DNA of 64,000 nucleotides. Source: a virus. The notes under the pieces are model-generated. The model was not told the DNA's origin and ran no database searches. It worked only from the letters and a program-made list of their open reading frames with translations. Shown piece after piece: positions 10,876 through 20,492 of this stretch (the first letter of the stretch is position 1; each line of letters opens with the position of its first letter). Location of the stretch: the IMG/VR virus record IMGVR_UViG_3300032315_001604, positions 64,001 to 128,000 of that record. The stretch is one strand, 5' to 3'. Both the position numbers and the translations under genes were made by a program.

Positions 10876-10892
10876 AAGTTTTTAAAGGATAT

Positions 10893-10920
10893 ATTGTAAC
10901 AACTTTTCTTTAAAAGTAAA
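10893..10920 (-). promoter_or_regulatory. sigma70-like promoter for the dNMP kinase gene
   Basis: TTTACT-N16-TACAAT with an extended -10 TG, 17 nt before the ATG. Confidence 0.5.
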
Positions 10921-10922
10921 TA
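10917..10922 (+). promoter_or_regulatory. Late-promoter-like TAAATA core
   Basis: gTAAATA lies 7 nt before the ATG at 10930. Confidence 0.55.
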
Positions 10923-10929
10923 TTTTATT

Positions 10930-12342
10930 ATGGCAACATCAGGAATTACTCTAAAACAACTAGAAAAAAACACAAAATTAAAAAAACAAGTTTTAGATTT
11001 TTTAAAAAATCAATTAATAGGGCCAAATCGTATTAACAAATATGCTTGTGTTTTAGGTGTTTTATGGAAAGGATATGATGCTTTAGGTGATACGTTTTCT
11101 TACAATGGTCAACAAACCTATGGAGTATCAAAAACAACAATAGATTATGTAAAAAATGTTGTAGCTCGACAAAACTTTGCATACATTAAAAAAAATGTAA
11201 AATATGAAGAGTTTTTAATACAGTATTTGGTAAAAACTCCAGGATGGCAACAAATGACATCCCAAACAGAAGGAGGAGGAACAGGGGCTGATGCGAATCC
11301 TGCTTATGATAGCAAGGTTGGATTTTTAGGATTCCAATTACCTTTATTACCTAATAATCCATTATCAGGATCAGAAAAAGATTCACCACCGTTATGTGAA
11401 CAACTTTTAAATAAAATACATCCTGATTTTACCGACAATTTAGAAAAATTTTGTGGTCTTATAAAAAGTAGAGCTTATTTAGCTTTACCTGCTATGGCGT
11501 TTGGTTCTTTACAACGTGTAGTTGCATCAATCAACGGTGTAGTAGGTGCTTTTCAAAAAATAATTGGAGCAATTTACCGAGGTGTTATGCGAATCATACA
11601 ACAATTTTATGCTTATATAAACGGTATTATTGCAGAAATTCAAAGATGGTTAATGTGGGTTATAGAACAAATTATTCCTTTAGATTTGATATGTTTGATT
11701 CTTGAAACAATACAAGTTTTGTTAGATGATATTAATTTCTTTACATCTCTTTTTTCGCAATCTGGGTCTATATTCAGTTATTTAAATCAAATTCAAAATT
11801 TTATAAATATAGCATCCAGTGCTTTAACTAATCCTTTAACGTTTTTATATTCTTATCTTCCACCAGAAGTTGTACAGATTATAGATTTAGTAAATCAAAT
11901 TGGTACTGATCCTGATGGGTTTTTAACAGACATGCTAACAAATTATGGCTATTCTTATGTAGCAGAAGCTTTAAAAGGAAATATTGTTGCCGCATTAGTA
12001 GATAAATATGGACCACAATTTAGAGCTATTGGTCCAATATCTAACTTTATTAGTCAATTTGGAATTAGTGAGGTATCTGCATACTATCCACCTACTCCAG
12101 CAATAATCGGTCAATCTTGGGGTGCTGGTAATGATAGAGATGCTGTAGTAGATGTAAACTCAAATCCTATTGATGGTGCGTATAAAATAATTGAGCAAAC
12201 AAGTCAAAACGTTTCCGATGCCGTAGGAGATTTAGGAGATGCTGTAAGAAATGTGGGAACAGTTTTAGGCGATGAAGCAGAATATATTAAAAAAATTCCT
12301 AAAAAAGTAAGTGATGGAATTAAAGATGTATTTGATACGTAA
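10930..12342 (+). CDS. Hypothetical virion-associated protein
   Basis: 470 aa with a long amphipathic helical centre; late motif upstream; first gene before the gp5 pair. Confidence 0.5.
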   Translation: MATSGITLKQLEKNTKLKKQVLDFLKNQLIGPNRINKYACVLGVLWKGYDALGDTFSYNGQQTYGVSKTTIDYVKNVVARQNFAYIKKNVKYEEFLIQYLVKTPGWQQMTSQTEGGGTGADANPAYDSKVGFLGFQLPLLPNNPLSGSEKDSPPLCEQLLNKIHPDFTDNLEKFCGLIKSRAYLALPAMAFGSLQRVVASINGVVGAFQKIIGAIYRGVMRIIQQFYAYINGIIAEIQRWLMWVIEQIIPLDLICLILETIQVLLDDINFFTSLFSQSGSIFSYLNQIQNFINIASSALTNPLTFLYSYLPPEVVQIIDLVNQIGTDPDGFLTDMLTNYGYSYVAEALKGNIVAALVDKYGPQFRAIGPISNFISQFGISEVSAYYPPTPAIIGQSWGAGNDRDAVVDVNSNPIDGAYKIIEQTSQNVSDAVGDLGDAVRNVGTVLGDEAEYIKKIPKKVSDGIKDVFDT

Positions 12343-12350
12343 CATTTAAA

Positions 12351-13778
12351 ATGAACAAATATTACGGAAATTATCTTGGTATAGTTGTAGGTTCTGGTGA
12401 TGATCCTGAGAACAGAAATCGTGTACAAGTATGGATTCCTCATATTACAAATACTTTATATGATGGTTGGAACAATAAACCAAGTGTAGGAACTATTGAT
12501 TTTTTTAATTTTAAAGAAGGAATTAATATACCTGATCCTGATTTAATTACAAGAATTAGAAACGTATTACCTTGGGCTGAATGCGCCTCTCCGTTATTTG
12601 GTGGAGGTTCTCCAGTAACTCAAAATTTTTCAACTGGTCAATCTTCAATTGATGCTGGAAATGCTTTGCAATATGATGATGAAGTTTTATCTGAAGAAGA
12701 TACTTTGGTGCCAGGAAGTGATGTGGATGATATTTTAGAAGTTAGTCCAGAAGCAACACCATTTCAAGAAAATTTACCACCAATTCCAGATACTCCAGAA
12801 AACAATGCACCAAATAGTGGAAACGATTTACCTCCAGTAGAACCTCCCATGCCTACAGTAGAAGGATCTGGACAAACGGAAGTGGTTTTACTTGATGGTA
12901 CAACTGTTGTGGACGCAAATACAGGAGACTACATTCGTTCTTTAACAACTCCAAATGATGAAGATATAACCTTTCCTACTCCTGCAACAAGAACGGATCC
13001 ATCAATTCAAGATACAGGTCAAACACCAACAAAAATACCAAGTATTAAAGCACCTGTAGTAAATCTTAACAATCTTTATAAAACTGCTACAAGTACGGCG
13101 AGAGGAAAATGTATCGATGATGGTAGTACAGGATTATGTTTAAAAGGCGTAAGTGTTTGGAGCTATGCTTTAACAAAAGATGAATATTTTCTTACTGCTA
13201 CTGGAACAAATGCTAATGCGATTAATACAGGCAGAAGTGCCTATTTTCAAGATTCTAATCTTTATGATAAAAGAATTGATCTTCCTAATAACTATATACC
13301 TGTAGTGGGTGATATAGTATCAGATAAAAATCACATCATTACATATTTGGGTAATGATAAAAACGGTAAACAAGTATGGTATAGTGATTTTAAAGATAGA
13401 TCTCCTTCATATTATGTAGAAACTGGTAGATGGAACAATCCACAACTAATAAGATTAAATGATGACGGACTAAAATTAGTAGATAAAAATCCTGACTTGG
13501 CATTAAGTGAAGGGTATGTTGATGCCGTTAATCAGTATCGAGATGAATCGTCATCACAAGACCAAAGCCGTCCAGTTGAACCAGATGATTTTGCAGGTTC
13601 TACATTAGCTGCTGCTGGAAATGGTGGTTATGACGGAACATCAACAGGTACATATTCTGTACCAGATGTGGGTTCAAAGGTTTGGGTATTTTTTCATGGT
13701 GGAGATATACAAAAACCAATTTATTTTGCACAAGCACTTGATCCATCATCATTTGATCAAACAACACAAGGAACATAA
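12351..13778 (+). CDS. gp5: gp5-like baseplate protein: OB fold with an inserted NlpC/P60-CHAP-like peptidoglycan hydrolase domain
   Basis: OB-fold halves YYGNYLGIVV..DDPENRNRVQVWIP...LPWA and PDVGSKVWVFFHGGDIQKPIYF flank STGLCLKG...PVVGDIV..KNHI...WYSDF. Confidence 0.75.
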   Translation: MNKYYGNYLGIVVGSGDDPENRNRVQVWIPHITNTLYDGWNNKPSVGTIDFFNFKEGINIPDPDLITRIRNVLPWAECASPLFGGGSPVTQNFSTGQSSIDAGNALQYDDEVLSEEDTLVPGSDVDDILEVSPEATPFQENLPPIPDTPENNAPNSGNDLPPVEPPMPTVEGSGQTEVVLLDGTTVVDANTGDYIRSLTTPNDEDITFPTPATRTDPSIQDTGQTPTKIPSIKAPVVNLNNLYKTATSTARGKCIDDGSTGLCLKGVSVWSYALTKDEYFLTATGTNANAINTGRSAYFQDSNLYDKRIDLPNNYIPVVGDIVSDKNHIITYLGNDKNGKQVWYSDFKDRSPSYYVETGRWNNPQLIRLNDDGLKLVDKNPDLALSEGYVDAVNQYRDESSSQDQSRPVEPDDFAGSTLAAAGNGGYDGTSTGTYSVPDVGSKVWVFFHGGDIQKPIYFAQALDPSSFDQTTQGT

Positions 13779-13781
13779 CAT

Positions 13782-15863
13782 ATGGGCGTAAGCGTAACAG
13801 AAAAAAACGGAAAAAAACAACGTAAAAGAAGAAGAGCAATAAAAACAAGAGCAGGTGGCTTAACTTTTGATGAAAACGTATCAACAGATGATGGTTCAGA
13901 AGTTCCATCCAGAAACGATTCTGTAAGATTAGATCATTCATCTGGAAGCTCGGTTACATTAGCATCTGGGGGTGTTGGTATAGCTTCTGTAGGAGATGTT
14001 TCGTTTAATGCTGCTGGTAATGCTCATATTACAGCAAAAGGTACTATACAAACCACAGCAGAAGGTAGCATTAGAAATTATGCACAAGGAGATATAGTTG
14101 ATGTAAGAGGTAAACAAAATGATACACAACTTGAAGCTGCAAAAAAAATGCAAGAAGGTGTCAACAGTATAGAAAAAGCAAAAGCTAATAAAATTAAAAG
14201 TACTAAAGGAGACGAAGTATTATGTCCAACATGTTCTAAAGAATATCTCACAAATAGGAAAAGTGGATTTGGATCAAGAGCATTTAAAACTATCAGAAAA
14301 TATACACCGCCTTATTTTGGATTTGCCATAGATATTCTTCAATGGCTTTATAATAATTTGGTTGCTCCGATGTTAGATATAGTATCAGGACAATCTCTTT
14401 TGGGAGGAACATGTGGAAATAAAGGATGTAAGAATGGAAAAATAGAATCTCCGAAAAAAAAATTAGAAGCAGGTAACGAAGAAGCTGTTAGAGTCGCAGA
14501 AGGCATTTCTGAAGAAATGAATGAAAATGCTTCTAAATTGAAAGGTGGAAATGTTGTTGATGTTTCTTCAGGGGATAGAACAATAAGAGCAGGATTAGTC
14601 ATGAATGATGCACCTGCTTATGTTGATACCGATACATATCACAATGAAGAATTCCGACATGAAAAAGATACAATTACTGGTGCATATTTTGCAGCAAGCG
14701 GTAAAGGTAATGCTAAAAGAGTAGTTCGAACCGTTCCGCATCATACTGTTGGTAATTTAAATTTAGAAGCTACCAACAGATTATTATTAGTAGCTGGTAG
14801 TCCAGGCTTCGGTATAGAAACCAAAGGACATGGCGATTTACAATTTGGAAGTTTTACTATTAGTGCAGGAGAAGCAGAAGCCGTCATAGCATCAAAAAAT
14901 AAAACTGTTATTAAAGGTAAAAATGTAATAATAGATGCCGAAGATAGAAGTGGTACTGAAGGTATTAAACTTCAATCCCCTCATACAAGAGTGGCAGGTG
15001 CTTTACACGTAGATGGAAATATGTCTATGATTGGAAGTCTATCAATAGATGGTAATTTGTCTGCACCTTTTTTGAAGGTTCCTTCGATGAGACTTCAAAC
15101 TGCGAAGTCAGGATCTACTAAAAGTGTTGCAAATGATGCAGAATGGCTTGGCTCTGCTCAATCTATTACTGCTGCTGATAAAGCTTTGCAAGTGATTGTA
15201 CGAGACATTATGCCAGGTCAACAACTAGATTTAGATTGGATTTTTACTCAAGCATTTGAAATTTTTAACTTAGCAAGAATTAGTTTATTAATAGAACCCG
15301 TTCCTACAGGTTTTGCGTTTTTCTTTGGATGTCCTCCGACATGTCCTCCTATGATTTTACCAATTTGGAATTGGAAACATACTCACACAAAATGCCCAGG
15401 ATCGCATACTCATGATCATACCGTTCCTAAAGGAAATTATTACGATGATCGTGAAGCATGGGGGAATGCAAGAGATGATGCCAGTTCTGTGCCTACTCCT
15501 GCTAATGATAAGGGTGATGGTTTAACCCCAGGACCAAAATCCAACGGTGGAGCGTGTGGAGGGGGTGGATTTGGTTTTGGTTCACCTAATAGCAATGCTT
15601 CAAAAAATAGATTATTAAGAAATCAAAGTTTTGGAATTAATAGCGGAGATGCTTATGGTGATTATGATTTTGTTAATATAATGCCATTGAGTGGAAATTT
15701 TGGTTATGATGAAGATGGCAACATTACACCTATAGATAAAGTTAACTTTAGTGTTAACTTGGAAGGTTGTGCGTTGTTTGATTTTAATAACAGTACAGAT
15801 TTGACTAATTCTACAAATCCAACTCCAAATGACCCATCAAAAGATGGATTGAATGACTGCTAA
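13782..15863 (+). CDS. gp5 C-terminal-like central spike (beta-helix) protein
   Basis: Repeating beta-strand segments (VRLDHSSGSSVTL, GDVSFNAAGNAHITAKG, GALHVDGNMSMIGSL), CxxC motifs and HTH..HTHDH near the C-terminus; directly follows the gp5 OB gene. Confidence 0.6.
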   Translation: MGVSVTEKNGKKQRKRRRAIKTRAGGLTFDENVSTDDGSEVPSRNDSVRLDHSSGSSVTLASGGVGIASVGDVSFNAAGNAHITAKGTIQTTAEGSIRNYAQGDIVDVRGKQNDTQLEAAKKMQEGVNSIEKAKANKIKSTKGDEVLCPTCSKEYLTNRKSGFGSRAFKTIRKYTPPYFGFAIDILQWLYNNLVAPMLDIVSGQSLLGGTCGNKGCKNGKIESPKKKLEAGNEEAVRVAEGISEEMNENASKLKGGNVVDVSSGDRTIRAGLVMNDAPAYVDTDTYHNEEFRHEKDTITGAYFAASGKGNAKRVVRTVPHHTVGNLNLEATNRLLLVAGSPGFGIETKGHGDLQFGSFTISAGEAEAVIASKNKTVIKGKNVIIDAEDRSGTEGIKLQSPHTRVAGALHVDGNMSMIGSLSIDGNLSAPFLKVPSMRLQTAKSGSTKSVANDAEWLGSAQSITAADKALQVIVRDIMPGQQLDLDWIFTQAFEIFNLARISLLIEPVPTGFAFFFGCPPTCPPMILPIWNWKHTHTKCPGSHTHDHTVPKGNYYDDREAWGNARDDASSVPTPANDKGDGLTPGPKSNGGACGGGGFGFGSPNSNASKNRLLRNQSFGINSGDAYGDYDFVNIMPLSGNFGYDEDGNITPIDKVNFSVNLEGCALFDFNNSTDLTNSTNPTPNDPSKDGLNDC

Positions 15864-16684
15864 CTATAATTTGGAATCTTATCAACAAGCATAGCTTCTG
15901 ACAAAGCCACATAATTTTGTGGCTCTTCATCAAAAGTTAAAGTATAACGAGTAGTAATGGGGATATTTAATTTTTGAGAAATATAATCTCTTTGATCGTA
16001 ATAGTATTTTATAAATTTCTTTTCTGTATAACTTATATTATTTCCATTAGCATCTTTAGTAGTTACAGTTCTACTAGCTTCTATTAAAAATAGATATACT
16101 TTAGAATAAAAAATTAATTTAACAGTCCAACCTTTATTTATAAATTCTCTTTTAATATAAGATATTAAACCATCCGAATGAGTGTTGTATTTTACTTGTA
16201 TATAATCTGTAATAAATGTTTGTAATTCTTGGGCAGTAATAGGTTTTAAATATTGATCACCTTCTTGGCATGTCGATGATGCTTCCTGAATTTTTATTCC
16301 TTCGGGATTACAAATATAATTGTTTATTACTTGACAACCACCTGCTTGTGCAATTTCCAATTGGGTAAAAGCTCTTGGTAAAAACTCTAAAGATACTGCC
16401 TTCCATACTTCTCCGAAATTGACTCTTTCGTTAGCACCAATTGCTGATAATTGAGCAAAATAAGAATCTAAAAAATGTTCATAATCAAATCCATTTTCAT
16501 TTTCTATTTTTACAACAGGATCCACATACGGAATATTAGCCAACTTTAAAAGCTGACATAGATATGGAGTAATATCAAATCTATTTAATACGTTCCAACC
16601 AGAAAGACCAGGAATAGCACTTAAACTCCCATATGTCGGGAGTGTATAATTTTGATTGTAGTATGGATTTTCGTAAAATGGCAT
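15860..16684 (-). CDS. Hypothetical protein
   Basis: 274-aa ORF with no recognised motif. Confidence 0.55.
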   Translation of the reverse strand: MPFYENPYYNQNYTLPTYGSLSAIPGLSGWNVLNRFDITPYLCQLLKLANIPYVDPVVKIENENGFDYEHFLDSYFAQLSAIGANERVNFGEVWKAVSLEFLPRAFTQLEIAQAGGCQVINNYICNPEGIKIQEASSTCQEGDQYLKPITAQELQTFITDYIQVKYNTHSDGLISYIKREFINKGWTVKLIFYSKVYLFLIEASRTVTTKDANGNNISYTEKKFIKYYYDQRDYISQKLNIPITTRYTLTFDEEPQNYVALSEAMLVDKIPNYS

Positions 16685-17080
16685 TTAATCTAAAAAGTTT
16701 TCTTGTTGTTGTTTGATAAAAATAGTTTTTAAAAATTCCATGATAGCGTCTCTATCTCTAGCCTTTTCATAATTTTGTAAAATAATACGTTCTCCGTCCA
16801 AATTATAACCAAAAACTATAAAAGAATCTAAATACTCGGATACAATCGCTTTTAAAAGACCTAAATCTCTCATAGCAATAGTATTTTGCGTATGGTTATC
16901 TTTTAACCACTTATCTAAACTTTTTTCTAATTCTTTTCGATTGACCTCGTTAAAAACTTTTTCTGCAACTTCTTGCATATCAAATTTTTTCTTTACGGCA
17001 GGTTTGGTTTCACAAATGTTTGCTGACAAAGCTGGTGTTTGGGAATCCTTTAAAAGTCTTTTACCTTTTTTAGAAGCCAT
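16685..17080 (-). CDS. Hypothetical protein
   Basis: ORF-track 16685..17149; the ATG at 17080 (MASKKGK) removes the overlap with the upstream gene. Confidence 0.55.
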   Translation of the reverse strand: MASKKGKRLLKDSQTPALSANICETKPAVKKKFDMQEVAEKVFNEVNRKELEKSLDKWLKDNHTQNTIAMRDLGLLKAIVSEYLDSFIVFGYNLDGERIILQNYEKARDRDAIMEFLKTIFIKQQQENFLD

Positions 17081-17081
17081 A

Positions 17082-17402
17082 CTATTGTTTATATGTTTGG
17101 GATTTATTATTGATACCAAATTTAACAAGATATTCGATAATAATTTCAATTGAACTGGTTTTTAATTTAAAATTTTCTGGAACATATTGATTTCCATCTG
17201 AAATCTCGAAATATTCTTCTCCTAAATAATTACGATTATTAAAACATGTAATAAAAATTGAAGTATTTTTAGGATCTACTATAGCTGTCCAGCAACGAGG
17301 ATCATGATCTGAATAATCAGAAAAAAGTTTGTCTGCTACGTATCCGCTATCTCTAAGTCTTTTTATGAAATAGCTAACTGTTGTTATTTTATTTTTAGCC
17401 AT
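17082..17402 (-). CDS. Hypothetical protein
   Basis: 106-aa ORF in the operon. Confidence 0.55.
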   Translation of the reverse strand: MAKNKITTVSYFIKRLRDSGYVADKLFSDYSDHDPRCWTAIVDPKNTSIFITCFNNRNYLGEEYFEISDGNQYVPENFKLKTSSIEIIIEYLVKFGINNKSQTYKQ

Positions 17403-17425
17403 ATAAACAACTTATTCTTTAGTAT

Positions 17426-18181
17426 TTATTTAACAAGTGCAGATACAATATATTTAAACTGCACATTTTCATCATCTTGCGATTGAAAGACAAAAACATT
17501 GTACTGATTGTTAATTTTAACTTTTATTGGGTTTTTACTTAAAATAAAGTTTTTAAATATCTCTACATTAATCGGCATTGGTGAAGATAATGGTTGGCCT
17601 AAAACCTTTTCTGACAAAAGCATAGAAATGTTATCTATATTTTGTAAAGTTCTGTCGTTTATTTCTCCATATATCTGATCGTTTTTACTATAAACATATA
17701 ACTTTGTTGCATCTGTAGCAAATGCATATGCGGACATTATTTTTTTAAATTTGTCTGTAGAAATTTCAAATTCTGTATCAAAAGTTAATTTTGCGATTTT
17801 TTGAACGTTTACGGTAGATTCTTTAATAATTCCATCATCGACTAAATGATATTTAAAGTGACATATTTCACCAGTATCTTTATTTTCTAGTTGGCATTTA
17901 ATGTGATTATCAGTCAAAGATATGGAAAATTCTCCATCATCACCTAAACAATCTAATCCTGTTAGAAGTTTTTTAATGTTAATCAAGTTGAGTTTAAATG
18001 GATTTACGTCCACAGGCAATTCTGCTTTAGCATATAAAATTAAAGAGTTGTCTGATGGTGTACAAATAGTGTACATCTCTTTGTCAGAGGCTTTTAAAAC
18101 ACAACTTTCGCTTAATTTGCTGACAGGCTTTAATAATTTTTCCAAAAATGTTTTTGGAATAGGTAGAATTCTTTCAGTCAT
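17426..18181 (-). CDS. gp45: DNA polymerase sliding clamp, gp45-like
   Basis: 251 aa with a two-domain clamp-like pattern (LYAKAEL, INIKKLL, FKYHLVDDGII, FEISTDKFKKIMSA); replication context. Confidence 0.65.
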   Translation of the reverse strand: MTERILPIPKTFLEKLLKPVSKLSESCVLKASDKEMYTICTPSDNSLILYAKAELPVDVNPFKLNLINIKKLLTGLDCLGDDGEFSISLTDNHIKCQLENKDTGEICHFKYHLVDDGIIKESTVNVQKIAKLTFDTEFEISTDKFKKIMSAYAFATDATKLYVYSKNDQIYGEINDRTLQNIDNISMLLSEKVLGQPLSSPMPINVEIFKNFILSKNPIKVKINNQYNVFVFQSQDDENVQFKYIVSALVK

Positions 18182-18677
18182 TTAGTACTTGCTTCTTTTT
18201 ATCTACTTTTAGTGTATGAGTTTTTACATAAAAATCAACAAGTTTTTCAAGAGAATTTGCAATTTTTTCAAATGATTGCTCTAAAGAAGAAGAAGTTTGA
18301 ATGTTCATCTTTGGATTGGAAGTATTCTGTACCAATGTTTGAACTTCTTCTGTAGGGATAGAAGATGCCTGTATTACTGGCTGTACTGGTGCAGGTGCTA
18401 CATTTTGCACCACTGGTGGCATTTCAATCAAATCAGGTGGTTTACTGTACATGGAAGTATCAGGAACCATTTTTTGTACTAATGCCTCTGAAACATATCC
18501 AGAGGCATTCCCAAACTGCTTGTTCGGATCAACAACTTTTGCAATAAACTGATTAATGTCTATTCTATTTGCTGGTACATTTGATCTTTCAAGAGAAAAC
18601 TTGTCAATCATGTTGAGATGTGACCCAACAATTTTAGCAAGTTTTGCTGCTTCTAAATGATCGTCTTTAGATGGCAT
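18174..18677 (-). CDS. Hypothetical Pro/Gln-rich protein
   Basis: 167-aa ORF between gp32 and gp45. Confidence 0.5.
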   Translation of the reverse strand: MPSKDDHLEAAKLAKIVGSHLNMIDKFSLERSNVPANRIDINQFIAKVVDPNKQFGNASGYVSEALVQKMVPDTSMYSKPPDLIEMPPVVQNVAPAPVQPVIQASSIPTEEVQTLVQNTSNPKMNIQTSSSLEQSFEKIANSLEKLVDFYVKTHTLKVDKKKQVLND

Positions 18678-18680
18678 ATC

Positions 18681-19526
18681 TTAGAGATCTTTTAAGATAT
18701 CTTGCATTTTCTTATCTTCATCAGTTTCTTCATCTGAAGATTTTGCAACAACTTCCTTAGAAGAAGGAACAAAATCAACGTCTTCGACTTCTTGTTCCGA
18801 AGAAGATGAAGTATTTTCTTCAACTTCGCCTAAATAATGCGTGTTGAAAAGTTTTTTGATTTCATCATAAGATTTATGTTCAAAGACAGAATCCAACTCA
18901 TGAATTGAATTGTAAAGAGATTCGATATCGTCTGCTCCTTCTAATGTTGAAGGAGACACGAATTTAGAATAAACATATGTGGGATAACCCCCCTCATTCT
19001 TTTCGACTTTAATCTTCAAGTTACAACCTTTGTCGGATAGATCAAAGATCTTAGGACCAAATTCATTCGAATCGTCTCCACTGATAGCAGACTCAATAAT
19101 TCTGGCGAGTTGTCTACCATAACGAAGAATTTTAATTTTTCCTTGATTTTCAGGATTGGTTGGATCTTTAACAACAAAGACATTGACTAACCAATTTTCA
19201 TTTCTTTTGATTGGAAGCATTTTGTCAATTTCATTCTGGTCTTTGGTATTATAAACTTTAGAACGATATTCATCGATTGGGCATTTTTCTCCGTATGTAT
19301 TTGGACAAAGAACCGAAGTAATATTATTAGTTAAATTACTCTTCCAAATATGATTATAGTAATGGAAAAGAGTTCTTTCAGGATTGTTAACATTTGGAAT
19401 TAAGCGAACAATATAAGTCTTGTCCACTTCAGTTTTCATAAAGTCCTTAAAAGAACTTTCTGTTGGTGTATTTTTATTAAGTGCTTCTTTGATTGATTCG
19501 AATAATGATGATGTATATTTGCTCAT
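18681..19526 (-). CDS. gp32: Single-stranded DNA-binding protein
   Basis: YIVRLIP, CPNTYGEKCPIDE, WLVNVFVVKDPTNPENQGKIKILRYG, GCNLKIKV and an acidic tail ending QDILKDL. Confidence 0.88.
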   Translation of the reverse strand: MSKYTSSLFESIKEALNKNTPTESSFKDFMKTEVDKTYIVRLIPNVNNPERTLFHYYNHIWKSNLTNNITSVLCPNTYGEKCPIDEYRSKVYNTKDQNEIDKMLPIKRNENWLVNVFVVKDPTNPENQGKIKILRYGRQLARIIESAISGDDSNEFGPKIFDLSDKGCNLKIKVEKNEGGYPTYVYSKFVSPSTLEGADDIESLYNSIHELDSVFEHKSYDEIKKLFNTHYLGEVEENTSSSSEQEVEDVDFVPSSKEVVAKSSDEETDEDKKMQDILKDL

Positions 19527-19533
19527 ATGTTTT

Positions 19534-19561
19534 ATATTAACAGGTTTTCTTAGTTGTGCAA
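19534..19561 (-). promoter_or_regulatory. sigma70-like promoter for gp32
   Basis: TTGCAC-N16-TAATAT, 7 nt before the ATG. Confidence 0.55.
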
Positions 19562-20194
19562 CTCTTTTTTAAGAAAATCTTCAATTTTTTTTGTAACAGT
19601 TTTGACGTAATCTTTAGTTTTAGGCGAGTTGTGATATCTAACTTTGAATGTTTCGATTTTACCTAAAAGTGTATTAGAATACAAATCATGTTCATCTTCA
19701 GATAAAAGTGAAAATGCATTATTAATGTTACCTAGTTCCATTAAACTATAAGGATTTATGCGATGCTCTCTGTAATGATTAAGCCATGAAAACATATATC
19801 CATTTTTAAAATTTAAATACTCCTTTAAGGTTATTTTATTTTTTAAACAAAACATTCCAATAAATCTTAAACTTTCTTTTATATCTTCAAATTGATTTTC
19901 TGGATTGTCTTCTTCTTTTTGTTTTTTATAAACGGAATATGTTCTAATCGCTACTCTTGTGGTAAAAAAGTTTAAATATGGATATTTTTCATCAGAATGT
20001 AAAATTCTCGGTGCTTCAAAATATTCTTCTATTTTAATATGGTTATATTTTTGGAAAAAGTTTTCCAGTTTTACTAGCAATGCTTTATTTTCTACTGAAA
20101 TATCAGAAAAGTCTTTTCTGTACTGAAAAGGTTGACCATATCTTAAATTTTTTAAAAAAGTATTATAGATATATTCTTGTGTTTTACTCAACAT
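19550..20194 (-). CDS. Probable helicase loader, gp59-like
   Basis: 214 aa, helical and basic, directly upstream of gp32 as in T4 (59-32); similarity by eye is weak. Confidence 0.4.
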   Translation of the reverse strand: MLSKTQEYIYNTFLKNLRYGQPFQYRKDFSDISVENKALLVKLENFFQKYNHIKIEEYFEAPRILHSDEKYPYLNFFTTRVAIRTYSVYKKQKEEDNPENQFEDIKESLRFIGMFCLKNKITLKEYLNFKNGYMFSWLNHYREHRINPYSLMELGNINNAFSLLSEDEHDLYSNTLLGKIETFKVRYHNSPKTKDYVKTVTKKIEDFLKKELHN

Positions 20195-20492
20195 TTTTTC
20201 TTTTTTGATTTAGTTTTGATCGAAATATTTTTTTATATACGTTTGGTGTAGATTTTAAATATGCTCTAATGATGTTTTGTAAATTTGATTCTCCTATTAA
20301 TTCAAAATAAATTTTTTGTGTTTTTTTATCATCTACTAAAAATTTTAAAAAATTTAAATAATTTAATTTTTTTCCTTTAGCAATACATACGAAAGATCCA
20401 AATTTAAGAGTAACTTCTTCAAATTCTTCTAGATTTATAGCTTCTGCTGGATTGCTAAATTCTTGTAATTGTTGAGACGATGTAATAATCAT
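20184..20492 (-). CDS. Hypothetical protein
   Basis: 102-aa ORF in the gp33 syntenic position, but no gp33 motif was recognised. Confidence 0.5.
   Translation of the reverse strand: MIITSSQQLQEFSNPAEAINLEEFEEVTLKFGSFVCIAKGKKLNYLNFLKFLVDDKKTQKIYFELIGESNLQNIIRAYLKSTPNVYKKIFRSKLNQKRKNVE

Noticed and set aside
1029-14602. Short opposite-strand ORFs in the structural block (1029, 2111, 3424, 3907, 6282, 8714, 12204, 13600, 13959, 14348)
   Set aside because: They are shadow ORFs lying within or across well-supported genes, with low-complexity translations and no motifs.
20184-20492. gp33 late co-activator call
   Set aside because: The position fits the T4 order 33-59-32, but I could not recognise gp33 sequence features, so it is left as hypothetical.
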